A DNA stretch of 63,607 nt, filler included, from Circinaria calcarea (Eukaryota): the NCBI GenBank assembly GCA_051942165.1. It is 6 parts of 6 records of this genome, joined end to end, with 100 filler letters (N's around TTAATTAATTAA, not from the genome) between each part and the next. Parts side by side here need not be neighbours in the genome. Positions count along the whole stretch, not along the records: positions 53,124 to 63,607 come from JAVECS010000800.1; 5 more parts are not named here. The stretch is one strand, 5' to 3'. Below, piece after piece: positions 62,654 to 63,607 of this stretch; position 1 is the stretch's first letter, and each line of letters begins with the position of its first letter. Position numbers and translations under genes: made by a program. A model generated the notes under the pieces. It worked only from the letters and a program-made list of their open reading frames with translations, was not told the origin of the DNA and made no database searches.

Positions 62654-63607
62654 TCTTCTCTTCTTCTGTTATCTATTGGGTGTGCAGGCGTTGGAATTTC
62701 TTAAGGGGTAATCGATTATGTGTATGACGGGTACTACTTCTTCATTGAAATGATATGGGGGGTCTTCGTACGAGACCTCCACATTTTCGGAATTCAATTA
62801 CTTTGACCTCTAAAACCAACATTGCTTGCTAGATGCTGCTGTCCCTTTTGGCCCCTTGACGAAGATTCTGTTTGTCCGCAGAGACCGTCTCCATCTCCTG
62901 TTTGGTCATACCAGGATAGAACTCACCGGTCCATCCAGGCACTTACTCTAGACCCGCTCATGACTAGCCTCACCCCGAACAACCCTTAACCACTGGAGCA
63001 CCGAACTCGACCCTCGACCTGTAAGTCGGAGACTACATGGGCGATTTCGGCCGTTTTGAATTCTGATATCCAAAACCCGGAGAACGGTAGGGTGTTTGGA
63101 AAGGAGATCCCCTATCGTCATGGGTTAAGAGAGTGGAGGGGGTATGAAAAGAACCGGAGGGACATCGCCGTTAAGATCTTTGGTTTATTTTCTCTCTTTT
63201 CTCTAGGGGAGGGTTCAGGGTAATGAGAGCAAATTGGGAGCACTGTCTATTGTACGAAGTATGTTAATTGGCTTTTAAATAGCTTTTATAAGGGGGTGGG
63301 AGCTTGTCAACTGTCTCATGGCTTTTACCATAGATGAGTGCAGTGGAATATCTATTTCCCAAGGATGCTAGCATATACTTCTCCTTGATCTACTCTCACT
63401 CGCTGCATTGGACGTTTTCTTGGTTTGGGGGAATCTTCTGGGCTTCTGATGATTCTCCGGTTCGAGGAATTCTTTTTCTTTCTCGTATACTCTAATTACA
63501 ATTTCCCTTTACGAATTCCCCCCCTTTTTTTTAGCAGCTCCGTATCAGCGTAAATAACCTCTTAATTTCCTATTCATATTTCTCATCACATCGGCGGGGC
63601 ACTCCCC

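Overview
Eukaryotic, filamentous-ascomycete (Pezizomycotina) DNA with short GT-AG introns. The window is not one locus. It is six ~10.5 kb contigs (1-10534, 10635-21167, 21268-31789, 31890-42406, 42507-53023, 53124-63607) joined by artificial N44-TTAATTAATTAA-N44 linkers, so no linkage holds across linkers. Housekeeping or conserved genes: Snu71/RBM25, mitochondrial bS21, dynamitin, ALG12, HMG-CoA lyase, GatC/F-like subunit, SEC17, an SDR, an epoxide-hydrolase-like enzyme, an MBL-fold hydrolase, an MFS transporter and a CBM1-GH6 cellobiohydrolase. Accessory content: a RIP-mutated Ty3/Gypsy element with a nested LTR inserted into a 243-bp tandem repeat, a 5'-truncated ankyrin gene with an unusual C-terminal beta-rich domain, a NACHT-ankyrin NLR lacking its N-terminus next to a BTB gene, a TA-flanked Tc1/mariner MITE, a multiply disrupted URA4 and an APH-like kinase pseudogene. 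The most unusual element is a 139-bp fold-back with CAC...GTG termini and a 5-bp target-site duplication (Transib-like signature) upstream of the cellulase. All family calls come from motif recognition by eye, without database searches.
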